From assembly GCA_938045815.1 (NCBI GenBank), contig CALIBI010000010.1:1-51051 (forward strand): a stretch of DNA of 51,051 bases, written 5' to 3'. Position numbers and translations under genes: made by a program. Under the pieces are notes generated by a model. That model saw only the letters and a program-made list of their open reading frames with translations. It did not search any database and was not told the DNA's origin. Each line of letters starts with the position of its first letter. The stretch's first letter is position 1. Origin of the DNA: an uncultured Sulfolobales archaeon. Its GTDB lineage: Archaea > Thermoproteota > Thermoprotei_A > Sulfolobales > NBVN01. Positions 19,661 through 34,400 of this stretch are shown here, one piece after another.

Positions 19661-21116
19661 GATTCTTATGCATGTAGGGTGAGTTCTGGAGCTTCCTATA
19701 ACCTAGGGATCTGTAATAATCACGTACACCAACACCAGACAAGACTAGTATTTCTCTGGCGTCATACTCCTCAACAGCTATTCTCTCAGCCTCAAGAAGA
19801 AGCTTCTTACCGAAACCTCTGTGCTGTAATTCTAGATTTGTGTGAGGCTCATCCCCCGGAGCTAGAGGCACTCCATAAACATGCAATTCACGAATTAAGG
19901 CTTTCCCCCCACCAGCTACTTCAGGTCTGTGAGCGTGTTGTGATGGTATTCTTAACCTAAGTATCCCTGCAACAACATCTCCTTCAGGATCTTCTATAGA
20001 GAGGAATTCCTCTATACCATCACTAGCCTCATACCTCATCCTACGGAGTTCTAGGGTTTCGAGTCTAGGAATAATCCCTCTCTTCATTAAAGCCCTGCCA
20101 GCCTCTCTCCACCTAATTTCTCTTATCTTAATTCCCTCCCTCACACACCTCTCCTCAATCAATTCTCTTAGATTCCCTTTCCTGGGACCGTCAATTATTA
20201 TTTGTGCTGGCACGTCTCTCTGAACTCTCTGAATCCTAACGTACTCAGGAATATACCTATACATTTCTGAAATTAGCTTTACAGCTTCCTCATCACTTAA
20301 CGCCCTATACTCACCCCTCACCCACATTTTGTGGAGTTCTGTCCCCGCAATAACTAGGGTTGGGTATATCTTGAGGTAGTCTGGTCTGAAGCTCGAGTCA
20401 CTGAATATCGTTTTAATTACCTCAATATCTCTGTTGGGGTCACTGCCTGGAAGTCCAGGCATTACGTGGTAGGCTACCTTAAACCCAGAGTCTTTCAGGA
20501 TGCGGGTAGATTTAATGACGTCGGACACGCTATGACCTCTCTTAATTAGTGTTAAGACGTCATCATATATACTCTGAACTCCTAACTCTACCTTAGTAGC
20601 TCCGAACCTAAGCATTAAGTCCGCGTGTTTTTCTAGTCCCCAATCCGGCCGTGTCTCTATAGTTAAGCCAACACACCTCACCGAAGCTTTCTCATTTCTT
20701 TCTTGCTCCGCCTCAAGAGTAGTTTTTGTTGGTGATTGAGTATCTGGGAAGTCATTCATAGCTCTATAAATCTCGGTGATGAAAAATTCCTGATAGTCTT
20801 GAGGGTAAGCGAGGAAGGTACCACCCATAACAATCACCTCAACCTTAGAAGGATACCAACCAATATAGTCTCTATACTGCTTTAGCCTAACCTGAACTTG
20901 AAGGTATGGATCGTAATTAACTCTCCTAGCTCTCATTAAGGCTGGCTCATCCCCAATATATGATTGAGGGGTGCCATACTCGACGCCGCCAGGACAGTAA
21001 ATACACCTACCGTGGGGGCACTCGTAGGGCTTAGCCATAACAGCCACAGTAGCGACTCCGGAGAGGATTCTAGTCATTTTCTTTATTCTTACTTCCTCAC
21101 ACGTCAACGACTTCAC
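19650..21116 (-). CDS. elp3: tRNA uridine(34) carboxymethyltransferase Elp3 (radical SAM + KAT)
   Basis: CPHGRCIYCPGG, QSY.G.EP, MGGTF, ETRPD, ELGVQ, KIYPTLV, RVQRD, RELHVYG, QHRGFG and SGVGVRDYYR. Confidence 0.96.
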   Translation of the reverse strand: MKSLTCEEVRIKKMTRILSGVATVAVMAKPYECPHGRCIYCPGGVEYGTPQSYIGDEPALMRARRVNYDPYLQVQVRLKQYRDYIGWYPSKVEVIVMGGTFLAYPQDYQEFFITEIYRAMNDFPDTQSPTKTTLEAEQERNEKASVRCVGLTIETRPDWGLEKHADLMLRFGATKVELGVQSIYDDVLTLIKRGHSVSDVIKSTRILKDSGFKVAYHVMPGLPGSDPNRDIEVIKTIFSDSSFRPDYLKIYPTLVIAGTELHKMWVRGEYRALSDEEAVKLISEMYRYIPEYVRIQRVQRDVPAQIIIDGPRKGNLRELIEERCVREGIKIREIRWREAGRALMKRGIIPRLETLELRRMRYEASDGIEEFLSIEDPEGDVVAGILRLRIPSQHAHRPEVAGGGKALIRELHVYGVPLAPGDEPHTNLELQHRGFGKKLLLEAERIAVEEYDAREILVLSGVGVRDYYRSLGYRKLQNSPYMHKNLKS

Positions 21117-21141
21117 TCCATTAAATAGAGACTTAGAGATC

Positions 21142-21933
21142 TTAAGTTGTTTTTAGGATAATTCCTAACAACCCAGCAATTAACGTGATTAGAGACATGG
21201 ATAAGATGAGTTTTTGCGAGTACCTTAGCGAGAGCTTCAGTAAATACTTGATCGTGAGAAGCCCAACTACGGCTGAGACTAGGAAAGCTACTAATAAGTT
21301 GCTAGCAGGCTCCATCGCTATAGTTCTGGAGGTGTAGAGCGCTAGTAGAGCTCCTCCAAGATTAGCTGGAATAGAAGCTAAGAAACTTAATTTCATAGCA
21401 TCTTCTAACCTGTAATTCATGAAAATCAACGCTATGATCGTAGAACCAGACCTACTCACTCCAGGTAATACTGCGAGAGATTGTGCTATACCAAAAAACA
21501 CGGAATCTACTAAGTCAACATTATCTATAGTCTTAACACCCTCACTCCGTCCTCTCCTCATAAAATACTGAAGCAACAGAAGCAAACCAACCAACAATGT
21601 AATGATTGAGGTGTTGAGACTCGACAAAAACATGTAGGTAATGATGAATATCGGAAGACCGAAAAGACCTGTCACGAAAGTAGATACAAGAAGAAACTTA
21701 AGCAGGTAGTTATAACGAAAAACTTGAGCAAGAATCTTCCTGAAAAACACTACCGCAGCAACTATTGTACCTCCTTGAAGAGCTATAGCTAAGAGATAAG
21801 ACTCTAGTGGAGGAGCACCACCAACAAAACTCGCGAACAGCATTAAGATGGTTTTGCTTGAGACAGGCAACCACTCGAAAACTCCCTGCAGAAAACCAAT
21901 CACTACGTAAAACCACGTATCCAAGCTCCACAC
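21142..21933 (-). CDS. uppP: Undecaprenyl/polyprenyl-diphosphate phosphatase (BacA/UppP family)
   Basis: QGVFEWLPVSS and Q.LAVLPGVSRSGST motifs, SFLASIP, multi-TM hydrophobicity. Confidence 0.9.
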   Translation of the reverse strand: MWSLDTWFYVVIGFLQGVFEWLPVSSKTILMLFASFVGGAPPLESYLLAIALQGGTIVAAVVFFRKILAQVFRYNYLLKFLLVSTFVTGLFGLPIFIITYMFLSSLNTSIITLLVGLLLLLQYFMRRGRSEGVKTIDNVDLVDSVFFGIAQSLAVLPGVSRSGSTIIALIFMNYRLEDAMKLSFLASIPANLGGALLALYTSRTIAMEPASNLLVAFLVSAVVGLLTIKYLLKLSLRYSQKLILSMSLITLIAGLLGIILKTT

Positions 21934-21987
21934 CTTAACTCAAACTCACTAAGTATGTTATTTAGCTTTAAACATTAATTACTAAGG

Positions 21988-22383
21988 GTGGGGTTTGTGT
22001 CTAGTGAGGAAGCAGAGATTCTACGAGTGAGGGCGGAGGAATTCCTACTTAACGCTGAGAGGTTATTCAACGAAGGTTTTTACGATTTATGTGTATTCAA
22101 CTTAGAACAGTTTTGTCAGCTCGTACTGAAATACAAACTACTTATTAAGACAGGTGCTTACCCCAGAACACATTCTATAGTCAGGCTCTTAAGAGACTTA
22201 TCTATGATTCACCAAGAAGTCAGTGAGCTACTTACTAGGGAGGAATACCTAATACTACTAACTAAGCTTGAGGATGCATACATAAGTGCTAGATACTTCC
22301 CCCGCAGGCACGAAAACGTGGAAGCAAGAGTTCTTTTGAGATTCGTGAAGGAGGTGTTTAAACCTATTGTCGAACGCGTTTAG
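21988..22383 (+). CDS. HEPN domain protein
   Basis: 'RAEEFLLNAERLF..G.YDL..F.LEQ..QL.LK', 'PRTHS' and 'EDAYISARY' pattern; paired with the downstream MNT gene. Confidence 0.88.
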   Translation: MGFVSSEEAEILRVRAEEFLLNAERLFNEGFYDLCVFNLEQFCQLVLKYKLLIKTGAYPRTHSIVRLLRDLSMIHQEVSELLTREEYLILLTKLEDAYISARYFPRRHENVEARVLLRFVKEVFKPIVERV

Positions 22384-22711
22384 CATATACATAGAAAGAG
22401 CTAAGAAGTTTTTAAGAATTGCTGAGAATCTTTCCGCAGTAGCTAAAGAAATAAAAGAGCTTGCCAAAAACTACTGGCCAGAAGCTAGAGTATACGTATT
22501 CGGTTCAGTTGCTAGAAAAGAATACACTGCAGGAAGCGATATAGATATACTAATAGTAATCGAGAATTACGACATAGAAGAAAAATACAAATTTAAAGCT
22601 AAGGTCGCCACAATTACAGACCTACCAATACAGCTACATATAGCAACCAAAAAAGAATTTGAGAAATGGTACCTAAGATTCATTCCTCAGACTGAGTTAA
22701 TAGAAATTTAA
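22367..22711 (+). CDS. Minimal nucleotidyltransferase (MNT)
   Basis: VYVFGSVAR...SDIDILIV (GS-x10-DxD) motif; 17-nt overlap with the HEPN gene. Confidence 0.9.
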   Translation: MSNAFSIYIERAKKFLRIAENLSAVAKEIKELAKNYWPEARVYVFGSVARKEYTAGSDIDILIVIENYDIEEKYKFKAKVATITDLPIQLHIATKKEFEKWYLRFIPQTELIEI

Positions 22712-22880
22712 AAGCATTATAACGTGAGGAATTATTAACCTAGAGATATCTACTGTGTTCTTCATCACGTAATCAGGTAGGAATAGCGGGCTAAGAACAT
22801 AATTCCGGTCTACTGCCGGGTAAGTAGGATTAGATAAGCACACAACATATTTAGTGTGAGTGTTTGTTGGTTTGCGAGAA

Positions 22881-22968
22881 TGGCGCCGGGGGCGGGATTT
22901 GAACCCGCGCGGGCGTGAAGCCCACTGGCTCTCAAGGCCAGCCCCTTAGACCGCTCGGGCACCCCGGC
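22881..22968 (-). tRNA. tRNA-Ser(TGA), CCA encoded, no intron
   Basis: Reverse complement GCCGGGGTGCCCGAGCGGTCTAAGGGG-CTGGC-CT TGA GA-GCCAG, long variable arm, GGTTCAAATCCC...GCCA. Confidence 0.96.
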
Positions 22969-23053
22969 TAATTAATTACTTATATCAGAAATTTTAAAGT
23001 TAAGGAATTATTTTCCGTATTGAAAATACTTATTTAGGGATTATGTTTTAGTT

Positions 23054-23365
23054 TTATCTGAGTAGTTCTACCTCGATGTATACGTCGTCAGGTATTCTTA
23101 TTCTCATTATTTGCCTCATTACTCTCTCATCTGCGTCAATGTCTACCAGTCTCTTATGTATTCTCATCTCCCATTTCTCGTAGACTTTTGTTCCTTCCCC
23201 GTGTGGTAATCGTAGGATGGGTACTACTAAGCGTTTGGTAGGTAGTGGTACTGGGCCCTTGATCCTTACTCCAGCTTTCTTAGCTATGTCGACTAAGCTA
23301 GCGGTTACTTCGTTTAGGTGTTCCATATTGGTACTCCAAAGCCTTATTCTCACTTTTGATGTCAT
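23054..23365 (-). CDS. rps10: 30S ribosomal protein S10 (uS10)
   Basis: KVRIRLWST, GPVPLPT and WEMRIHKRLVD. Confidence 0.97.
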   Translation of the reverse strand: MTSKVRIRLWSTNMEHLNEVTASLVDIAKKAGVRIKGPVPLPTKRLVVPILRLPHGEGTKVYEKWEMRIHKRLVDIDADERVMRQIMRIRIPDDVYIEVELLR

Positions 23366-23391
23366 TAACGTTACCCTGCTGACTTAGTGAC

Positions 23392-24702
23392 TTACTTCTT
23401 TACTTCGGCTGGCGCTACGTCTATGATTACTCCAATTCCTACAGTCTTACCCATATCTCTCATAGCGAATCTTCCTAGCTGCGGTATCTCGCTGTATTTC
23501 TCTACCACCATAGGCTTTATAGGCTGGAACTTCATTATCGCTGATTCACCGACTTTAATGAATTGCGGGTTCTTCTCAGCTATCTGGCCTGTTTTAGGAT
23601 CTAACTTACCAACAATCTCTGTTATCTTAGCAGCTACTGATGCTGTGTGTGCGTGGATTACTGGTGTGTATCCTACGTGGATTGCTGTCGGGTGGTAAAC
23701 CACGTAAACTCTGGCAGTAAACTCTTTAACTACTGTTGGCGGGTTCTGCGGGTGGCCTGCTACGTCACCTCTCTTTATGTCTGTCTTTGATACGCCTTTA
23801 ACGTTAAACCCTATGTTGTCACCAGGTAATGCCTCCTCCATCTTCTCGTGATGCATTTCTATAGACCTGACCTCTCCTGAAACGCCTGCCGGCATGAAGA
23901 CTACTGTGTCACCTACCCTCAACCTTCCTGTCTCAACCCTACCAACAGGAACAGTACCGACACCAGTTATTGAGTACACTTCCTGAACAGGTATTCTAAG
24001 CGGCTTGTCAACAGGTTTAGGCGGTGGCTGCATAGAGTCGAGAGCCTCAACTAGGGTAGGACCGTTGTACCACGGCATATTAGGCGTCCTATCTACTAGA
24101 TTCTCACCTAACCACCCAGATACTGGGACGAACGGTATCGTCTCTACCTTATAACCCAGCCCTCTCATGAACTTCTTCAAACTGTCAACTATCTTGAGAT
24201 ACCTGTCCTTACTGAAGGGGGGCTCAGTTATGTCCATCTTAGTTATGGCCACCACGACTTGATCAATACCCATAGTCCTAGCCAACACTATGTGCTCCAT
24301 TGTTTGTCCTTCCCTACTCATCCCGGCCTCAAACTCACCTGTCTTAGCAGACACCACCAGGAGTGCCGCGTCAGCCTGACTAGCACCAGTAATCATGTTT
24401 TTAACGAAGTCTCTGTGCCCCGGTGCATCGATGATTGTCCAGTAATACTTGGGGGTCTCGAATTTCATGAAGCTGAGAGCTATCGTGAGGCCTCTCTCCC
24501 TCTCTTCTTTCAGTTTATCGAGGAACCACGCATACTTCTCTGACTCCTTACCGGATTTCTTAGCAGCTTCCTCAACCTCCTTAACCATCTTAGGATCAAG
24601 AGCTCCTAGCTTAAGTAAGGTGTGCCCTACTAAGGTGCTCTTACCGTGGTCTACGTGACCTATTACCACCAAGTTCATGTGTTCTTTTTTCGGCCTACTC
24701 AT
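23392..24702 (-). CDS. tuf: Elongation factor 1-alpha
   Basis: GHVDHGKST, ERERGLTI, DAPGHRDFVKNMITG and GRFAMRDMG. Confidence 0.98.
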   Translation of the reverse strand: MSRPKKEHMNLVVIGHVDHGKSTLVGHTLLKLGALDPKMVKEVEEAAKKSGKESEKYAWFLDKLKEERERGLTIALSFMKFETPKYYWTIIDAPGHRDFVKNMITGASQADAALLVVSAKTGEFEAGMSREGQTMEHIVLARTMGIDQVVVAITKMDITEPPFSKDRYLKIVDSLKKFMRGLGYKVETIPFVPVSGWLGENLVDRTPNMPWYNGPTLVEALDSMQPPPKPVDKPLRIPVQEVYSITGVGTVPVGRVETGRLRVGDTVVFMPAGVSGEVRSIEMHHEKMEEALPGDNIGFNVKGVSKTDIKRGDVAGHPQNPPTVVKEFTARVYVVYHPTAIHVGYTPVIHAHTASVAAKITEIVGKLDPKTGQIAEKNPQFIKVGESAIMKFQPIKPMVVEKYSEIPQLGRFAMRDMGKTVGIGVIIDVAPAEVKK

Positions 24703-24777
24703 ACATCCTCACCTTACATCACATAGATAGTTCCACATACCTTATAAAATTTTATGAACGAACTTAAAAATACGTTT

Positions 24778-25383
24778 TCATCTAGAACTTAGAGCTATCC
24801 TTTCTATCTCTTCTTTCTTAGATATCGCGTAACTCTTGGGGTCGTTGTTAGCCGCAGCCATAATCTCTTCAGCAAGACACTCAGCAATAGACTTAGTAGA
24901 TCTGAAGGCAGACTCCCTAGCTCCGTCAGTCATGAACCTGAGAGCTAAGTCCACCCTCCTCAAAGGAGAAACATCTACAGCGACATGATAGACGATACCA
25001 CCATACATGATTCTGGTAGTCTCTTCACGAGGTCCTGCATTCTCTATAGCTCTCACAAGAACTTGCAGAGGGTTCTCCCCAGTCTTGAGCTCTATGAGTT
25101 CAAAAGCTCTCTTAACTATGTTGTAAGCTAAGTGCTTCTTACCAGTATTTCTTCCGTGCTTCATCAACTGATTAATTAATCTCTCAACGATAGGTACGTT
25201 AGCTTTACCAAATCTCTGGTGTTCGTGCCTACCACCAGTATGAGGAACGTAAACAGGTCTCAGAGATATATATTTCTTCAAGCTAGGATCTCTAACAACT
25301 ATTTTCTCATAACCCCACCTACCAAACAGCTTCACTTCAACAGACCTTATACCTGCATTCTCGAGTTCTCCCATCCTCCTCAA
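24778..25383 (-). CDS. rps7: 30S ribosomal protein S7 (uS7) (start may be ATG 25374)
   Basis: [33 protein letters not shown] and KKEEIERIA. Confidence 0.97.
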   Translation of the reverse strand: MRRMGELENAGIRSVEVKLFGRWGYEKIVVRDPSLKKYISLRPVYVPHTGGRHEHQRFGKANVPIVERLINQLMKHGRNTGKKHLAYNIVKRAFELIELKTGENPLQVLVRAIENAGPREETTRIMYGGIVYHVAVDVSPLRRVDLALRFMTDGARESAFRSTKSIAECLAEEIMAAANNDPKSYAISKKEEIERIALSSR

Positions 25384-25602
25384 CCTAACCTAAAAAGTAC
25401 CTTACAGATTTATAAGGATTTCTCTAAGACACAAGTAATGTACTCTAAGCCCACGCGTCGGCTTACCGAAACCATAACCTCTCGAGTCGAAATAAAACCT
25501 TGAAACTAAAGTTTATAATCCCCTGTAACAAGAAAGCTAGGAGTGCGGTAGCACGGCAGCACATAGGTACGTAACGTACAACGAGTAGCAGGTGGTAACG
25601 TA

Positions 25603-26109
25603 GTGACAGAGAATGAAGAAAGCAAGCTATTAAGAGTTGTGGGGGTGGAGCCCGTACTGATGAGTGATTTAGAGGAATTTATTGAGATTGCTGCACTACA
25701 CTGCTACCTAGAGAACAACGAGATATTCACACTCTACAACGTACCTCTCGAGATAGCTAGAGCTATAGAGAAGTTAAATAATCCTGTAAGTGAGGAACAA
25801 CTCAACTCACTAAATGACAGTAGAGAATCACTGTATGATGTTCTCTTGCTACTAGCCCCTAAACTCAGAGAACTGAAGAATTCCATCAAGAAAGTAGTTA
25901 TTGATTCGTACGACGCCAATAAGGGGGTCTACAACGCATCAATACTCATGAAAATAGACGGTATTTCGTTAAGAAAGAAAATGATACCGAGTCACGCGAT
26001 ATTTATTTCCCTCTTATTCAACAAACCTATCTACGTGACGAGAGAAGTACTAGAGATATCTAAGATGCTAAACCCGTTAAGTGATGAATTCTTCCGCGAA
26101 GAAGAATAA
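25603..26109 (+). CDS. Bifunctional-nuclease (DUF151)-like protein, antisense to the ribosomal cluster
   Basis: 'FTLYNVPLEIA.AI', 'RESLYDVL', 'IKKVVID...GVYNASI' and 'MIPSHAIFISL....PIYV' fit a DUF151-type layout. Confidence 0.7.
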   Translation: MTENEESKLLRVVGVEPVLMSDLEEFIEIAALHCYLENNEIFTLYNVPLEIARAIEKLNNPVSEEQLNSLNDSRESLYDVLLLLAPKLRELKNSIKKVVIDSYDANKGVYNASILMKIDGISLRKKMIPSHAIFISLLFNKPIYVTREVLEISKMLNPLSDEFFREEE

Positions 26110-26118
26110 AGAGACTCC

Positions 26119-26562
26119 CTACCTAAGAGGCTTCTGCTTCTTACCTTTAAGTAAAGCGTCCAGCGAGACCCCGTTAACCATTATCACCTTATACCTAACT
26201 CCGGGCAAGTCACCCATAGACTTACCTAAAGTACCACCTATACCAGCAATTATTACCTCATCGTGCTCATCAATAAAAGTAATCCCACCGTCCTGAGGCA
26301 CGAAAGCCGTAACCACCTTACCATTCTTAACTAACTGAACCCTCACACACTTCCTCAAAGCTGAGTTAGGCTGGCGCGACTCTATACCAACCTTCTCTAA
26401 AACTATCCCTCTAGCCATAGGAGCTCCTTCCAGAGGATCGTGCTTCTTCTTTAACTTAAGCATACGTATCCTGAACTCTCTCTGACTCCAACGAAACTTA
26501 AGCCTCTTCAGCCGCAACTTCCTAGCAGAGTAAAGACCTTTGGGCGCTTTACTACCCGGCAC
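26119..26562 (-). CDS. rps12: 30S ribosomal protein S12 (uS12)
   Basis: [24 protein letters not shown] and [10 protein letters not shown]. The start was reassigned to GTG 26562 (SD-like AGGTGG upstream). Confidence 0.97.
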   Translation of the reverse strand: MPGSKAPKGLYSARKLRLKRLKFRWSQREFRIRMLKLKKKHDPLEGAPMARGIVLEKVGIESRQPNSALRKCVRVQLVKNGKVVTAFVPQDGGITFIDEHDEVIIAGIGGTLGKSMGDLPGVRYKVIMVNGVSLDALLKGKKQKPLR

Positions 26563-26629
26563 CCACACACCACCTGATTTAGATAACTGAAGGGTACTTA
26601 TAAGCATTCAGTAAATACTGAGGCCCTCT

Positions 26630-27073
26630 TCAAGAGACTGAGATCAAGTCAATATCGTAGTATCGCTTAAGAATCTTCCTCGCTTTATTGACGTTCTTGC
26701 CGTTCTTCCCTATAGCTATGCCCTTATCCTCTGGTGAGACCCTAATCAACAACACTTTCTTACCATCCTTTAGTTTATTAAGTCTAACACCCATCACCCT
26801 CGCAGGCAAAAACAAATTCTTAACGAAGTCCTCCAACGTATCAGCCCACTCTACGATCTCCACACGCCTACCAAGTATCTTAGCTAACTGCTTCACGTTC
26901 CTGCCCTTAAACCCCACCACAATGCCCGCTGTTCCTGGAGGCACTATGAATATGATGGTGTTGGTTTCCTCATCAACAACGCAATCCTTAGCCGTAACTC
27001 CCGTAATATCCCCTAAAAGAGCTATATACTTTAACTCATCACCTGTTAGCTTCACAGGCAACCTACTGTTCAC
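26630..27073 (-). CDS. nusA: Archaeal NusA (KH domains)
   Basis: KH motifs 'VVGFKGRNVK' and 'AIGKNGKNV'; conserved position between L30e and S12. Confidence 0.93.
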   Translation of the reverse strand: MNSRLPVKLTGDELKYIALLGDITGVTAKDCVVDEETNTIIFIVPPGTAGIVVGFKGRNVKQLAKILGRRVEIVEWADTLEDFVKNLFLPARVMGVRLNKLKDGKKVLLIRVSPEDKGIAIGKNGKNVNKARKILKRYYDIDLISVS

Positions 27074-27374
27074 CCACCTCTAAAATATTTGATTCACCAG
27101 GTTCTATAATAGCAATCACCGAAACCGGGAAAGGCTTACCTAGTAGCGCCCCAAGCTCGTAGCTACTGCCAGGATAACGAATCACTTTAACGTTACCTAA
27201 CCTAGCATAATATGTGAAGTCCTCGAGCACGTGCCTAGGGATATTACTAGCTATGATTACACCCACAGCCTTACCTAACTTAACCAACTTAACTGCTCTC
27301 CTAGAACCCAAAACAACTTTCCCGGTTTTGTAGAGTAGCTTTATAGGGTTTTCTAGGGACGCTCCCTGAGACAC
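27063..27374 (-). CDS. rpl30e: 50S ribosomal protein L30e
   Basis: TGKVVLGSR, ELGALLGKPF and PGESNIL. Confidence 0.96.
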   Translation of the reverse strand: MSQGASLENPIKLLYKTGKVVLGSRRAVKLVKLGKAVGVIIASNIPRHVLEDFTYYARLGNVKVIRYPGSSYELGALLGKPFPVSVIAIIEPGESNILEVGEQ

Positions 27375-27379
27375 TCACA

Positions 27380-31488
<4,109 letters not shown>

Positions 31489-31494
31489 GATTAC

Positions 31495-34400
31495 TCACCC
31501 TGAGAACTTATCCTTAAGTATTATTTTGGGGTATATAAGCATGCTCATCATCTCCTGCAATAATAGCTTGAAAGCGTACGAGACCTCAACAGAAACCAAG
31601 TTACCTTCCTCTCCATGCACAGGACACACGTACTTACCTTTATTCCTGTCAAACCATCCTAGCAATCCACACTTCTCACACACGTATATCGTGTACTTAT
31701 CTGAGCTATCTAAAAGCCTCTCCTTAAGTAGTATGGTAGCGCCGTGACCTATTATCGCGTCTCTCTCCATCTCACCGAAACGCAGACCCCCCTCTCTAGC
31801 TCTACCCTCTGTGGGTTGTCTGGTCAGTAGCTGTACAGGGCCTCTAGATCTTGAGTGTAGCTTGTCTGACACCATATGATGTAGTCTCTGGTAATATACA
31901 ACACCTATGAATACAGGTGTTGATATTAACTCGCCTGTCCTCCCATCATACATGGGTTCGGTCCCGTCATGAGGGTAGCCAAACAGTAAGAGTTCTTTCT
32001 TAAGGTCTTCAGGTTTTTCCCCGAAGAAGGGTGTGCCGTCAACTGCTCTGCCTCTAAGCGAGCCTACCTTACCAGCCATGGACTCAATCAACTGACCGAC
32101 AGTCATTCTAGAAGGTAGTGCGTGCGGGTTAATTATTAAGTCTGGAGTTACTCCTTCAAACGTGTAAGGCATGTCATACTGAGGTACTAACAAACCTATC
32201 ACACCCTTCTGCCCGTGCCTAGACGCGAACTTATCACCTATTTCCGGAATTCTTAGATCCCTAACCTTAACTCTTATGAATTTGTTCCCCTCACCATCAA
32301 CAGTTATTACTACGGTGTCCACGATTCCTCTATCACCGTGCCTCAAACTAACTGAGGAGTCTCTTCTAGCCTCACTAACCAACCCAAACTCCTTATACTC
32401 TTCTAGGAATCTTGGGGGTGATGTCTTACCTACAAGAACCTTACCTGAAATTACGTCAACTTCAGGAGGCACCATACCGTCCTCATCCAGAGACTCGTAA
32501 TTTTCTTTTCCTCTATAACCTTTCACCTTAATGTCCGGGATTCCTATCACGTCTCTCTGACCGCCAGGATATTTGAGCTCCTCAGTACTGTAGTCCCTGA
32601 AGAACGTTGATCTAGCAAGCCCCCTCTCAACCGAAGACTTATTCATTATGACGGCGTCCTCCATGTTATAACCAGTGAACGAAAGCACCGCTACAACGAA
32701 GTTCTGTCCTGCAGGTCTAGAATTAAATCCTATCAAGTCTAGGAACCTAGTCTGTACAACCGGTTTCTGAGGATAGTGCAGGAAGTGAGCTCTGCTATCA
32801 AACCTTAGGTGGAAGTTAGCGGCATTCATACCTACTGCTTGTTTAGCCATAGCGGCCTCATACGTGTTACGGGGTGACTGGTTATGGTTAGCGTAAGGAA
32901 TTAAAACAGCAGCTACCCCCAAGATAGACGGTGGGTAAAGCTCTAAATGCGTGTGTTCTGGAGTAACCTCCTCAGGCTCTAAAGCTATCAAAGCATTGTC
33001 TTCTTCCTCGGAATCAAGATACTCCACGACACCCATACTAACCAAATCACTGAACGTGATGTTGCCGGACCTAAGCTTCTCTACCACGTCACTAGCTATT
33101 TTTATCTTACCTTTCTCGACAATGAGTAAAGGTCTCCTAACCCTACCACTATCACAGTTTACGTGCACCTCATTAATGTACTCCGTCCTAACGTAAGATA
33201 CGTTTACCTCGTGATGCAGTTTCCCGGACCTCCTCAATTTTCGCAGACTACTCACTAGCTCGGAAGCGTCTTCCTCCGGGTAGTATCCTATTAGTGTGCC
33301 GTTCAAGAAAACCTTAGCGTAGCTAGTGATCTTCTCCAGCAGCTCCTCATCACCTTTCTTAAGTCTCTCATAAATCTCAAGCAAACTCACCACACCGAGT
33401 TCTTGGAGATAAGGTATGATGGAAGACTCCTCTATTCCGGCCGTGACGTAGGCTGAGAGAGCTAAGTTCTTAACTAAGCCGCAATTAGGTCCTTCAGGAG
33501 TCTCGAATGGGCATATCCTGCCCCACTGTGTTGGGTGTAGGTCCCTTGCCTCGAAGTGTGGCTGACCCCTACTTAAGGGTGCTACAGTCCTCCTTAAATG
33601 ACTTAACATGGAAATCCAGTTAGTTCTGTCAAGTATCTGACTAACACCAGTTCTGTTGCCTACCCAGTTACCAGTAGCTAGAGCGTAGTTGAGTCTCTCC
33701 GTAACTATGTCGGGTCTTGCGAGAGCTTTCAGAGAAAGCTTCCTACCCTTAGTGAGTCTGTACCTCTCTACCTGATACCTCAGGTCCTTCATGTAAGCTT
33801 TGAAAGCCACTCTAAAGAGCTGAGCCATCAAGTCACCGGCTAACCTCAACCTCCTGTTAGCGTAGTGGTCTTTATCATCAGGTTTCCTCCTTCCTATAAC
33901 TAATTCTATTAGCTTGCACGCCATCTGCCCTAGGTAGAGAGCCTTAAGAATCCTAGTATTGGGGGTGTTACCCAGGTGAGGCATGAAGTACATGTCAAGT
34001 ATCTGGAGAACCCTGTTACGCCTAGCTTCAGGGTCTGTAATCCCTATAGTAACTCTTGAGGCTAGGTAGTCTAACGCCTCAATCTGTGTCTTAATCTCCC
34101 TAGCCGCGTAGAGAGATGGAATCAACTCCTTCTGTATTTCTGGGTCCGGAGAAACAGCTAAAGCTATCTCCATATCTGTTTCTAGGCCTAACGCCCTCAT
34201 CATAATAACGAAAGGAACTTTTTGAGGTATTGATGGGAAGTTAATCGTGAGTGTTCCGTCTTTTAAGCGGTCAAGTATTATCGGGACTCTATACCCGGCT
34301 GAAGCGGAGATCACCTTAGCCGTGTGAGTTATTGATGAAGCCTCCCTACCGTAATCAACTAATACCCTATTAGGAGCCAGATCTTCCTGACCAACTATGA

